A stretch of 64,000 nucleotides of DNA, taken from assembly GCA_031260565.1 (NCBI GenBank), contig JAISLH010000015.1, positions 452-64,451 on the forward strand. Direction: 5' to 3'. Source of the stretch: Bacteroidales bacterium. Its GTDB lineage: Bacteria > Bacteroidota > Bacteroidia > Bacteroidales > P3. Of this stretch, positions 18,495 through 27,052 are shown piece after piece. Both the position numbers and the translations under genes were made by a program. Below the pieces are notes generated by a model, which saw nothing but the letters and a program-made list of their open reading frames with translations, had not been told where the DNA came from and ran no database searches. How positions within the stretch are numbered: position 1 is the stretch's first letter; every line of letters begins with the position of its first letter.

Positions 18495-19018
18495 GGGTTG
18501 GCTGAATTGTTAGCATATTCCGCAATCGTTAGAGCAAGTTGGCGGACGTCAAGGTCTGCTGACGGGTAAATTATATCTGCTTGGAGGTAATAGGGTTTGC
18601 GTTGTGCTAAAAACTTCTCAATAACTGACGGCAGGCTTTCGTTGCTTACGTTTTGTATTATGGGGCGTTTGACATCTGCGGCTTTGCTTCGTCGCAAAAT
18701 AACCTCACTTGGCACATCAAGGAAAACACTTACGCCGCTTTCTTTGCAGAGTCTCATATTGTCAAAGAAGCAAGGAGTCCCACCTCCGAGCGAAATAACA
18801 ACATCATCCTTCCTTTGCAGAAAATCAAGCAAGACTTCTCTCTCCCATAACCTGAACCTGTCTTCGCCAAAGGACGCAAAAATGTCTTCAATCGTCATTT
18901 TGTACAACTCTTCTATCCGCAGGTCAATGTCAAGGAAGGTATAATTCAGTTCTTTCGCCAGAGCAATGCCGGTAGTCGTCTTCCCGCTGTACATAAATCC
19001 CGTTAAAATTATCTTCAT
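18476..19018 (-). CDS. aroK: Shikimate kinase
   Basis: It has MKIILTGFMYSGKTTTG (P-loop), LDIDLRIEE and ISLGGGTP motifs and is about 180 aa. Confidence 0.85.
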   Translation of the reverse strand: MKIILTGFMYSGKTTTGIALAKELNYTFLDIDLRIEELYKMTIEDIFASFGEDRFRLWEREVLLDFLQRKDDVVISLGGGTPCFFDNMRLCKESGVSVFLDVPSEVILRRSKAADVKRPIIQNVSNESLPSVIEKFLAQRKPYYLQADIIYPSADLDVRQLALTIAEYANNSANPYFFLR

Positions 19019-19024
19019 ATTCGT

Positions 19025-20035
19025 TTATCGTGTATATGGAGTTAGGTCAAGGGTGGCAAATGCCTTCTTTTGATATTTGAAAAGGGCTGCCGCCGCAATC
19101 ATAGCCGCATTGTCGGTAGAATATTGGAGTTTGGGAATAAAGACTCGGCAGTTATATTGCTCACCAAGTGCTTTGACCTGCTCTTTAAGGAGTGAATTGG
19201 CAGAAACCCCCCCTGCTATTGCGATTGTCTGAACTCCTGTATCCTTAACGGCAAGGGAAAATTTCTTCATCAGAGAGGAAACGACCGCAAACTGAACACT
19301 TGCCGCAATATCTTCAAGATTATCTTCAATGAAACGGGGATTGTCTTTCAGTTTGTCCCTTAAAGTGTAGAGAATACTGGTTTTAAGCCCCGAAAAGCTG
19401 TAATCATAGCCCGGAAGATTGGAGGCAGAGAATTTCAGAGCGGAACTATTGCCATTTTTAGCAAGTCTGTCTATATGCGGACCGCCGGGATATGGCAGCG
19501 AAAGGAGTTTAGCCGCCTTATCTATGGCTTCTCCTGCTGCATCATCAATAGTTTTTCCTATGATTTGGAAGTCAAATGGGCTTTTTACGAGAACTATCTG
19601 CGTGTTGCCGCCAGAAACCAAAAGGCAAAGGAAAGGAAATTGCGGTTGTTGGGCATCTTCTGAATCTTTAATGAAATGTGCAAGGATATGCGCCTCTAAA
19701 TGATTGACGTCAATCAGAGGTAACTGCAAGGACTGAGCAAAAGATTTTGCGAAGCTAACGCCTACCAGCAAAGAGCCGAGAAGTCCCGGTCCGCGAGTGA
19801 AAGCTACTGCCGACAAATCTTCCTTCTTTATGCCGCAAGACCGCAGAGCCTTATCAACAGTCGGTATGATATTGGACTGATGTGCCCTTGACGCAAGTTC
19901 AGGTACGACCCCGCCGTATTCAGAATGGACTTGCTGGGAAGCAACTGCGTTGGAAAGGATACGAAAAGAGCTATCTATGACAGCAGCCGAAGTGTCATCA
20001 CAAGAAGACTCTATCGCCAAAATATATTCCGTCAT
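19025..20035 (-). CDS. tsaD: tRNA N6-adenosine threonylcarbamoyltransferase
   Basis: It has ILAIESSCDDTSAAV, HLEAHI and a Kae1/TsaD-like overall pattern, at 336 aa. Confidence 0.9.
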   Translation of the reverse strand: MTEYILAIESSCDDTSAAVIDSSFRILSNAVASQQVHSEYGGVVPELASRAHQSNIIPTVDKALRSCGIKKEDLSAVAFTRGPGLLGSLLVGVSFAKSFAQSLQLPLIDVNHLEAHILAHFIKDSEDAQQPQFPFLCLLVSGGNTQIVLVKSPFDFQIIGKTIDDAAGEAIDKAAKLLSLPYPGGPHIDRLAKNGNSSALKFSASNLPGYDYSFSGLKTSILYTLRDKLKDNPRFIEDNLEDIAASVQFAVVSSLMKKFSLAVKDTGVQTIAIAGGVSANSLLKEQVKALGEQYNCRVFIPKLQYSTDNAAMIAAAALFKYQKKAFATLDLTPYTR

Positions 20036-20049
20036 CTTTTTATCAGCAA

Positions 20050-21435
20050 TTAGAGAGCTTTTAAGTCGCAGAAGTCAATTTCCCGCTTCATTAAGTTTAC
20101 TTTTTTAACTTTTACGCTGACTTTTGTCCCAATTTGAAAGACTTTTTTATTTCTTTTGCCGACTACTGCATACTTTTTCTCGTCATAAAAATAGTAATCG
20201 TCCCCCAAAGTTTCCATCATAGCAAGACCTTCGCATTTATTCTCGTCAAGTAAAACGAAGACCCCGAACTTTGCCACTCCCGAAACGACACCTTCAAAGC
20301 GATCACCTTCCTTCTGTAACAAATATTCTGCCTGCTTAAACTTGATACTTGCCCTCTCCGCCATTTCAGCTTGCTTCTCCATAGTAGAACAATGCTCGCA
20401 CTTCTCTTCCAAGTCCGCCTTATTGACAGAAGGTTTCCCCTCCATATATTTTTTCAGTAGCCGATGAACCATTAAGTCAGGGTAACGGCGGATAGGTGAA
20501 GTGAAATGAGAATAAAATCGGAAGCCCAGCCCATAATGTCCCAAGTTATCGGTAGAATATACCGCCTTACTCATCGTTCGCAGGGCTATGGACGAAAATA
20601 AAAGGGCGTTGGGCGTATCTTTGGTGGTCTCAAACAAATGATTGAGGCTCTTGGCGAGCGACAGACGGGACTTATCATCTATTTTGTAGCCAATTTTCTT
20701 AACGTAGGTCTTGAATTGTGCCATTTTCTCCTCATCCGGTACGTCGTGGATACGATAAACAAAGGTCTTTCTCTTGGCTTTTTCTTTTTTGTCGCCGATA
20801 TGTTGTGCCACCGTCCGATTTGCCAGCAACATAAACTCTTCTATCAGAAAATTCGCCTCCTTTAATTCGTAGGAAATGACGGCTATCGGCTTTTTGTGTT
20901 CATCAAGTACAAATTTAACCTCATCTGATGCGAAGTTTATAGCACCTTTTGCAAATCTGTCCTGACGTAATATTTTCGCAATGCCCCAAAGTTGTAATAT
21001 CTCCTTCTTAAAATCACCTTTACCTCCCTCTATCATCTTCTGAACCTCGTTATAAGTAAATCTCCTGTTGGAATTTATCAACGTTTCAGTTATCTTATAA
21101 TCCAAGACTTCTGCCTTGTCGTTAATGATAAAGACTACTGCAAAGGTAAGCCTGTCTTCATTTGGCACTAAGGAACATAAATCATTGGAAAGTTCTTCTG
21201 GCAACATCGGGATAACTCTATCCACCAAATAGACAGAAGTAGCCCGTTCATAAGCCTCATTATCTATCGCCGAACCCTCCTTTACGAAAGAAGAGACGTC
21301 AGCAATATGCACTCCAATCTCGTAATTACCGTCAGAAAGGGGACGAAAACTTAAAGCATCGTCAAAATCTTTGGCGTTATCGGGATCTATTGTGAAGGTG
21401 ATGACGTCTCTAAAATCAATTCTTTCGTTTTTCAT
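20050..21435 (-). CDS. rnr: RNase R/RNase II family exoribonuclease, RNB plus S1 portion only (lacks the N-terminal HTH/CSD region)
   Basis: It begins at the RNB entry motif DFRDVITFTIDPDNAKDFDDALS. It contains HFGL...YSHFTSPIRRYPDL and a C-terminal S1 domain (GVVSGVAKFGVFVLLD). Confidence 0.85.
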   Translation of the reverse strand: MKNERIDFRDVITFTIDPDNAKDFDDALSFRPLSDGNYEIGVHIADVSSFVKEGSAIDNEAYERATSVYLVDRVIPMLPEELSNDLCSLVPNEDRLTFAVVFIINDKAEVLDYKITETLINSNRRFTYNEVQKMIEGGKGDFKKEILQLWGIAKILRQDRFAKGAINFASDEVKFVLDEHKKPIAVISYELKEANFLIEEFMLLANRTVAQHIGDKKEKAKRKTFVYRIHDVPDEEKMAQFKTYVKKIGYKIDDKSRLSLAKSLNHLFETTKDTPNALLFSSIALRTMSKAVYSTDNLGHYGLGFRFYSHFTSPIRRYPDLMVHRLLKKYMEGKPSVNKADLEEKCEHCSTMEKQAEMAERASIKFKQAEYLLQKEGDRFEGVVSGVAKFGVFVLLDENKCEGLAMMETLGDDYYFYDEKKYAVVGKRNKKVFQIGTKVSVKVKKVNLMKREIDFCDLKAL

Positions 21436-21438
21436 TCG

Positions 21439-21858
21439 TTAGCTTTGTAATCCGTGAATATCAACATTCGCTTCTACAAGCGTAACATCGTTTTTAAGAA
21501 ATGCACTGAACTCAGATGAAGGACGGAAGGTGCAATGAATTTCATCCTCCCCATCTACGCTAACTTGGGCGAGAGTAGTTTTGTTAGCGGACTTAAGAAA
21601 CGGCACAAGCGTTCCCAAAGCTCCAATCTCAACGGAATATCCCGATGCAATCTTTTCTTTAATCACATCAGTCAGGGCAAAAACAGCCGCAGATACGTCT
21701 GCTCTTGTCAATCCTTCCCGCTCTGTTATTTCTTTCACAAGGACATCAAATGAGATTCTCCCTGCATTAAACCGTTGCTTGCGGTATCTTGTACCCGGAT
21801 TAGCACCTACCGTCTGATTTTTCATTACCTTTACGAAAGGAAATTCTAATTTTTTCAT
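21439..21858 (-). CDS. Bacteroidota-type HU-like DNA-binding protein
   Basis: It is 139 aa. LTRADVSAAVFALTDVIKEKIASGYSVEIGALGTL resembles HU/IHF-fold proteins of the Bacteroidales HU_2 type. Its stop lies 3 nt before the RNB ORF start. Confidence 0.65.
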   Translation of the reverse strand: MKKLEFPFVKVMKNQTVGANPGTRYRKQRFNAGRISFDVLVKEITEREGLTRADVSAAVFALTDVIKEKIASGYSVEIGALGTLVPFLKSANKTTLAQVSVDGEDEIHCTFRPSSEFSAFLKNDVTLVEANVDIHGLQS

Positions 21859-21893
21859 TATAAAACTAGTATTAAGTTATTAATTATATGGTG

Positions 21894-21901
21894 CAAAATT
21901 A
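21894..21901 (-). promoter_or_regulatory. -7 promoter box (TAATTTTG) for the HU-like/RNB transcription unit
   Basis: TAnnTTTG lies 36 nt upstream of the ATG at 21858. Confidence 0.45.
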
Positions 21902-21958
21902 CTAAAAAAATCGGACATAAAAACAACAACTCGGCAGCTGTCAAAAACTAAGTGCCGA

Positions 21959-22060
21959 CTTGTTGAAAAAAAAGTGGCTACTTTTGCCCAAGAAGTAGCC
22001 ATTTTATTTAAAAAAAGTGGCTACTTTTTACCCAAAAGTAGCCACTTTTTTTTCAACAAG
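21959..22060. repeat. Nested palindrome with perfect 27-bp inverted arms and an internal oppositely oriented pair of the same core
   Basis: cttgttgaaaaaaaagtggctactttt (21959-21985) is the exact reverse complement of 22034-22060. Inner copies aagtagcca (21992-22000) and tggctactt (22018-22026) allow alternative pairings. Confidence 0.9.
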
Positions 22061-22118
22061 TTGGGACTTCTGATTATCAAGTACTTACAAAGGGGTAATT
22101 TTGGGGTATTTTCAGCAT

Positions 22119-22150
22119 AAAAAAAAGGCACTTCCCGTTAGAAAAGTGCC
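22119..22150 (-). terminator. Rho-independent terminator of the 121-aa ORF
   Basis: On the minus strand, ggcactt-(10 nt)-aagtgcc is followed by T8, about 80 nt after the stop at 22231. Confidence 0.65.
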
Positions 22151-22230
22151 CCCGTCATCTTAATAAAAGAACGTGAAAAAAATTTATTTTTAGGCGGCAA
22201 AGTTACTACTTTTTCCGAGAATGACAAGTT

Positions 22231-22596
22231 TTAGTCGGATTTTTTTGCAAATTTTGCGGTAAGTTCTTTCATTTCGGCGATAGTTTCCGGCTTGAAGTTG
22301 GGAGCAAATTCAAACTGTTTGAGGATAGATTGCATCACCGTCTCATTTAGTTCTTCAAGCAAGGCAGGGTCTGACTTAAAAGAGCCATAAGAGAGGCGAA
22401 ATTTGCCTGTTTCGGTCTGAGTTAGTAGCTTCTGCTGAGCAAGTTTTAGGAGGGTTTTAGCGATTTTTGCCCTGCTGATTTTATCGTTGAGGCTCAAACG
22501 TGCTGCCACCTGCCGAGTGCTTAAAATTCCCTGCCCACAAGTTGTAAAAATGCGGAGGATAGATTGTTCAAAGTGGGAAATATTTTCTTCTTTCAT
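22231..22596 (-). CDS. RNase R N-terminal fragment-like ORF (winged-helix HTH plus pre-RNB linker, no cold-shock domains)
   Basis: ILSTRQVAARLSLNDKISRAKIAKTLLKLAQQKLL resembles the RNase R HTH_12 region. VMQSILKQFEFAPNFKPETIAEMKEL is colinear with E. coli RNase R VDIALRTHEIPYIWPQAVEQQVAGL, which immediately precedes the RNB domain. Confidence 0.5.
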   Translation of the reverse strand: MKEENISHFEQSILRIFTTCGQGILSTRQVAARLSLNDKISRAKIAKTLLKLAQQKLLTQTETGKFRLSYGSFKSDPALLEELNETVMQSILKQFEFAPNFKPETIAEMKELTAKFAKKSD

Positions 22597-22708
22597 TGGG
22601 CAAAAGTACTATTTTTTCCCATAATATGAAAAAAAATGTGCCGCCTGCATAAAAACAGACGGCACGGCATATAAGATTGGATTAGCCTTTCCAACTAAAA
22701 AAAGGCTG

Positions 22709-22795
22709 CGGAAAGGGAGGGATTCGAACCCTCGGTACCAATAAAGGTACAACGGTTTTCGAGACCGTCCTAATCGACCACTCTAGCACCTTTCC
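22709..22795 (-). tRNA. tRNA-Ser (anticodon CGA)
   Basis: The reverse complement GGAAAGGTGCTAGAGTGG...ACGGTCTCGAAAACCGT...long variable arm...GGTTCGAATCCCTCCCTTTCCG folds as a class II cloverleaf. The 7-bp acceptor pairs, and the anticodon loop is CT-CGA-AA. No CCA is encoded. Confidence 0.9.
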
Positions 22796-22814
22796 TTTTT
22801 GCGGTTTGCGGGTG

Positions 22815-22822
22815 CAAAGGTA
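22815..22822 (-). promoter_or_regulatory. -7 promoter box (TACCTTTG) for tRNA-Ser
   Basis: TAnnTTTG lies 20 nt upstream of the tRNA 5' end. Confidence 0.5.
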
Positions 22823-22885
22823 GTAAAAATTTACTCTTATATAATTTTTACGGGAGAGAAAATTATTTATTCAAGTTATTTTACG

Positions 22886-22893
22886 TATTTTTG
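22886..22893 (+). promoter_or_regulatory. -7 promoter box (TATTTTTG) for the nqr operon
   Basis: TAnnTTTG lies 46 nt upstream of the nqrA ATG. Confidence 0.45.
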
Positions 22894-22938
22894 CACGTTG
22901 AATTTTATACAGATTAGACTTCGTAAAAACTAAACAAG

Positions 22939-24300
22939 ATGTTGAATTTAATTAAGATAAGGAAGGGTTTAGATGTTCCCATTGGCGGGCAAGCAGAACC
23001 TAAGTTGCGTCAAATAGATACTGTTTGCTGTGCTTTAAAGCCGCAGGACTTCATCGGAGTTACCCCAAAGCTTTTGGTAGATGAAGGGGATAAAGTGAAA
23101 GTCGGCACTCCTGTCTTCTTTGCTAAGGAAAAGCCAGAAATTAAGTTTGTTTCTCCGATAAGCGGTCAGATAAAAAGTATCGTAAGAGGCGAGAAACGGG
23201 TGATAGAAGCCATCATTATTGAAGCAGACGGGAAGAATGATTATGAAGACTTCGGTTGTCTGAGTGTAGGTGCTGCCAGCTACGAACAAGTACGGGACAA
23301 AATGCTTGAAGGCGGCGTCTGGACACTATTAAGGCAGCGTCCTTATTCAGTTATTCCCAAGCCTGATACGAAACCAAAGTGTATTGTTATCAAAGGTTTT
23401 GACTCTGCTCCGTTATCTCCCGACTATTCTGTGTTATTAAAGGGGGAAATGGCGGCTTTGCAGGTTGGAATTGATGCTTTATCCAAGCTAACGGACGGCA
23501 AGGTTCATCTTAATATTCATCAATCAAGTCTATCTGAAGAATTACTCCATTGTGAAAATGTGCAGCGGAATACTTTTGCAGGCAAACATCCTTGCGGAAA
23601 TGTTTCAGTTCAGATTGAGCGGTTATATCCTATCAACAAAGGTGAAAGAGTTTGGTATATTGATGCGACAGACGTTGTTACTATTGGCAAACTCTTTTTA
23701 GAAGGGCATTATGTAAGTGATAAAATTGTAGCTTTGACTGGCAGTGAGGTGAAAAGCACTGGGTATTACAAAATAAAGAGGGGTGCTTGCCTTAAACCTT
23801 TGTTTGAAAATAATGTAACAAGCGGCTGCAACCTGAGATATATTAGCGGAAATGTTCTTACCGGCACTCAAATTGCAGAAGACGGCTTCCTTTCGGCTTA
23901 TGATAGCCAAACAACTGTCATTAAGGAAGGGGATAATTATGAATTTCTTGGTTGGGTAATGCCGGGCTTTAAGAAGTTTAGTTTTAGTCGTACTTTTCCC
24001 TATTCTTTTCTTAAATGCTTCTGCAAAAAGCCTGTAAAGATAGACGCAAATCTGCACGGGGGGCATAGAGCCTTTGTCTTCAACGGCGAATTTGAAAAGG
24101 TGTTGCCACTTAATATTTATCCTTTGCAGTTAATTAAAGCCTGCATAGTAGAAGATATTGACCAGATGGAGCAGTTGGGTATTTACGAAGTGGATAGTGA
24201 AGACTTTGCTCTCTGTGAAGTTATAGATGTGAGCAAAACAGAGATTCAAAAGATAATAAGAAATGGTCTTGAACTAATGAGAAAGGAAATGGGAGAATGA
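22939..24300 (+). CDS. nqrA: Na+-translocating NADH:quinone oxidoreductase subunit A
   Basis: The N-terminus IKIRKGLDVPIGG...VKVGTPVFF...FVSPISGQIKSIVRGEKRV is colinear with Vibrio NqrA. It is 453 aa and its stop overlaps the nqrB start. Confidence 0.9.
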   Translation: MLNLIKIRKGLDVPIGGQAEPKLRQIDTVCCALKPQDFIGVTPKLLVDEGDKVKVGTPVFFAKEKPEIKFVSPISGQIKSIVRGEKRVIEAIIIEADGKNDYEDFGCLSVGAASYEQVRDKMLEGGVWTLLRQRPYSVIPKPDTKPKCIVIKGFDSAPLSPDYSVLLKGEMAALQVGIDALSKLTDGKVHLNIHQSSLSEELLHCENVQRNTFAGKHPCGNVSVQIERLYPINKGERVWYIDATDVVTIGKLFLEGHYVSDKIVALTGSEVKSTGYYKIKRGACLKPLFENNVTSGCNLRYISGNVLTGTQIAEDGFLSAYDSQTTVIKEGDNYEFLGWVMPGFKKFSFSRTFPYSFLKCFCKKPVKIDANLHGGHRAFVFNGEFEKVLPLNIYPLQLIKACIVEDIDQMEQLGIYEVDSEDFALCEVIDVSKTEIQKIIRNGLELMRKEMGE

Positions 24301-25475
24301 AAATAGTAAGAAAATTCTTTGACAATCTTAAACCCAAAGTGGCAAAGGGGAGTAAGTTTTATTGGCTGCATTCAACGGTTGAAGCCTTTGATTCTTTTGC
24401 TTTTGTTCCCAAAACAACGGCAAAGTCAGGGGCACATTTAAGAGACGCTATTGATATGAAGAGGGCTATGAGTGTGGTAATAGTTGCTGTTATACCTGCG
24501 TTGCTTTTTGGAATGTATAATGTAGGGTACGAACATTATCTTTCACATGGACAAAGTATGGCAGAAGTAGGCTTTTGGCAGACATTTTGGTATGGTTTCT
24601 TAAAAGTATTGCCTTTAATTGTTGTCTCCTATGTTGTGGGTCTTGGTATTGAGTTTGCATTTGCCCAAAAACGTGGTCATGAAGTAAATGAAGGCTATCT
24701 TGTAACAGGTATGCTTATCCCTCTTATCTGTCCTCCTGATGTTCCTTTGTGGCAGTTGGCTTTGGCTGTAGCCTTTGCCGTTATCATTGGTAAAGAGATA
24801 TTCGGTGGAACAGGGATGAATTTCCTTAATCCTGCTCTTGTGGCTCGTGCCTTTTTGTTTTTTTCTTATCCTTCCCAAATGTCGGGTGATACTGTTTGGA
24901 TTGCCGACAAAGCAGACGCCATTTCAGGTGCTACAGCTTTGGGAGAAATGATGACAGGTGGCGTTCAACCTCATTATTCTATACTGGATATGTTTCTTGG
25001 TTTCATTCCGGGTTGTGTTGGGGAGACTTCTGTTGTTGCTATTCTGATAGGAGCAGCAATTTTGCTTGTTACCGGTATTGCTTCGTGGAGAATAATGTTA
25101 TCAGTCTTTGTCGGAGGGGCTGCAATGGGCTTAACGTTCAATCTACTTGGCTCATCAACCAATGCTTATATGCAGTTGCCATTTTACTACCACTTTTTAA
25201 TGGGTGGCTTTATGTTTGGAGCAGTCTTTATGGCTACCGACCCTGTTACATCTTCCCAAACCAATAAAGGAAAATATATCTACGGCTTACTTATCGGTAT
25301 AATGGCTGTCTTGATACGGGTTGTCAATCCTGCCTATCCCGAAGGTATGATGTTGGCTATTTTATTACTCAACGTCTTTGCTCCTTTAATTGATTACTTT
25401 GTTGTAGATAGTAACATAAAAAAGAGAGCGAAAAGATGGAAATTAGTCGATGGTGGGCATAAGGATATTAACTAA
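24297..25475 (+). CDS. nqrB: Na+-NQR subunit B
   Basis: It is polytopic with an ISGATALG FMN-attachment-like motif and has the NqrB/RnfD family pattern. Confidence 0.9.
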   Translation: MKIVRKFFDNLKPKVAKGSKFYWLHSTVEAFDSFAFVPKTTAKSGAHLRDAIDMKRAMSVVIVAVIPALLFGMYNVGYEHYLSHGQSMAEVGFWQTFWYGFLKVLPLIVVSYVVGLGIEFAFAQKRGHEVNEGYLVTGMLIPLICPPDVPLWQLALAVAFAVIIGKEIFGGTGMNFLNPALVARAFLFFSYPSQMSGDTVWIADKADAISGATALGEMMTGGVQPHYSILDMFLGFIPGCVGETSVVAILIGAAILLVTGIASWRIMLSVFVGGAAMGLTFNLLGSSTNAYMQLPFYYHFLMGGFMFGAVFMATDPVTSSQTNKGKYIYGLLIGIMAVLIRVVNPAYPEGMMLAILLLNVFAPLIDYFVVDSNIKKRAKRWKLVDGGHKDIN

Positions 25476-25501
25476 TATCTGATATAAATAAAATAAAAAT
25501 T

Positions 25502-26146
25502 ATGTTTAGTAATAGATACATATTCATTTATTCAACGGTTTTGGTGGTTGTTGCTGCTGCCATTTTGGCTGTTGCTGCCGTTGGTTTGAAACCTTATCAG
25601 GAGGCGAACACAAGGATAGAAAATAAACAGCAACTTTTGTCGTGCGTAGGCATTAGCTCAACGACAAAGAACGCCGAAGCCCTTTACGAACAATACTTCA
25701 CCGAAGAAGTTGCCGTTAATGCACAAGGCGAAGAGATCAAAGCCAATGACGACACCAAACCTGTATATATATGCACTAAAGACGGCAAGAAGATTTATGT
25801 CGTGCCTGTTGTCGGCAAGGGTCTATGGGGAAGCCTATGGGGTAACGTTGCTCTGGCGGATGATTTAACAACGGTTGTTGGAGTAAATTTTGGACACAGC
25901 AGCGAGACTCCCGGTCTTGGTGCCGAAATAACAACGAAACCTTTTCAGCAGCAGTTTGAAGGCAAAGCCATATTTGACGGAACAGTCTTCACATCAGTAA
26001 AAGTGGAAAAGCGAGTAGGAAAAGATAATCCTCATGCCGTTGATGCTATTTCCGGAGGCACCATAACATCAAAAGGAGTGTCGGCAATGTTGAACGATTG
26101 TCTCATGTTCTATATACCTTATTTTAACAGACTTAAAACCAAGTAA
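25502..26146 (+). CDS. nqrC: Na+-NQR subunit C
   Basis: It has a single N-terminal TM segment and an ISGGTITSKGV FMN-binding motif, at 214 aa. Confidence 0.85.
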   Translation: MFSNRYIFIYSTVLVVVAAAILAVAAVGLKPYQEANTRIENKQQLLSCVGISSTTKNAEALYEQYFTEEVAVNAQGEEIKANDDTKPVYICTKDGKKIYVVPVVGKGLWGSLWGNVALADDLTTVVGVNFGHSSETPGLGAEITTKPFQQQFEGKAIFDGTVFTSVKVEKRVGKDNPHAVDAISGGTITSKGVSAMLNDCLMFYIPYFNRLKTK

Positions 26147-26150
26147 AGCT

Positions 26151-26795
26151 ATGAACAAACAGAATAAAGAACCATGGTTTTCAGCTAAAAACCTAAAACT
26201 TATAAAGAACCCATTGAGTAAGGAAAACCCTATAACTGTACAGGTTTTGGGTATTTGCTCAACGTTAGCCGTTACAGCCAAAATGCAGCCTGCTATAGTA
26301 ATGGCATTAGGCGTTACGGTTGTTGTGGCAATGTCAAACCTTCTTTGCTCATTGCTTCGCAACACCATTCCGTCACGTATAAGAATTATAGTCCAATTGG
26401 TGATTGTCTCTTTGCTTGTCATAATTGTTGATCAGATATTGAAGGCTTTCGTGTATGAAATCAGCAAACAGCTGTCGGTTTTTGTCTCTTTGATTGTTAC
26501 AAACTGCATTGTGATGGGTAGAATTGAGGCTTTCGCTTTGAGTAACAAACCAGTACCTTCGTTTATTGACGGAATAGGAAACGGTTTAGGCTACGGCATC
26601 ATTTTGCTTGTTGTTTCCTTCATCAGGGAGTTGTTTGGTAGCGGTACGTTATGGGGCTATAATGTTGTTCCTCAGTGGCTATACGAACATGGATACTCCA
26701 ATAACAGCCTTATGATAATGCCTCCAATGGCGTTGATAGTCGTTGGGCTTATCGTTTGGGCACATCGCAGTCGCAACAAAGAGCTTTGCGAATAA
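26151..26795 (+). CDS. nqrD: Na+-NQR subunit D
   Basis: VQVLGICSTLAVT...RIIVQLVIVSLLVIIVDQILKAF...SKQLSVFVSLIVTNCIVMGR...FIDGIGNGLGYG is nearly colinear with Vibrio NqrD. Confidence 0.9.
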   Translation: MNKQNKEPWFSAKNLKLIKNPLSKENPITVQVLGICSTLAVTAKMQPAIVMALGVTVVVAMSNLLCSLLRNTIPSRIRIIVQLVIVSLLVIIVDQILKAFVYEISKQLSVFVSLIVTNCIVMGRIEAFALSNKPVPSFIDGIGNGLGYGIILLVVSFIRELFGSGTLWGYNVVPQWLYEHGYSNNSLMIMPPMALIVVGLIVWAHRSRNKELCE

Positions 26796-26837
26796 CCAAA
26801 GCCACTTCACTTTAACAAAACAGCCTTTCAACATTAC

Positions 26838-26915
26838 CAAACGCTGTTTTAATTTTCTAAAGTGGCGTTTCGTGACGCTAAAGCGGCGTTTCAGGAAAAT
26901 GAAACGCCACTTTAA
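26838..26915. repeat. Family-A palindromic element, copy 3 (box order swapped)
   Basis: In ttctaaagtggcgtttcgtgacgctaaagcggcgtttcaggaaaatgaaacgccactttaa, the T-type box occupies the outer positions and the C-type box the centre. Confidence 0.85.
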
Positions 26916-27052
26916 AAGAGTGGAATATTATAAGGTGTAATCAGTGTGTTAAAATAACCTGTTATCTCCCTGTTTTGTGTTGGATTTATTAACGTTTTCT
27001 TTCTGCTTTTTGGGGTCTGCGTTCATTTAACTTAGCGTTTTATTGAATTAAA

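Noticed and set aside
22601-22608. TACTTTTG box only 5 nt upstream of the 121-aa ORF start
   Set aside because: It lies too close to the ATG for the spacing seen at the other promoters here. It could imply a leaderless mRNA, but I cannot support that, so it is not listed as a promoter feature.
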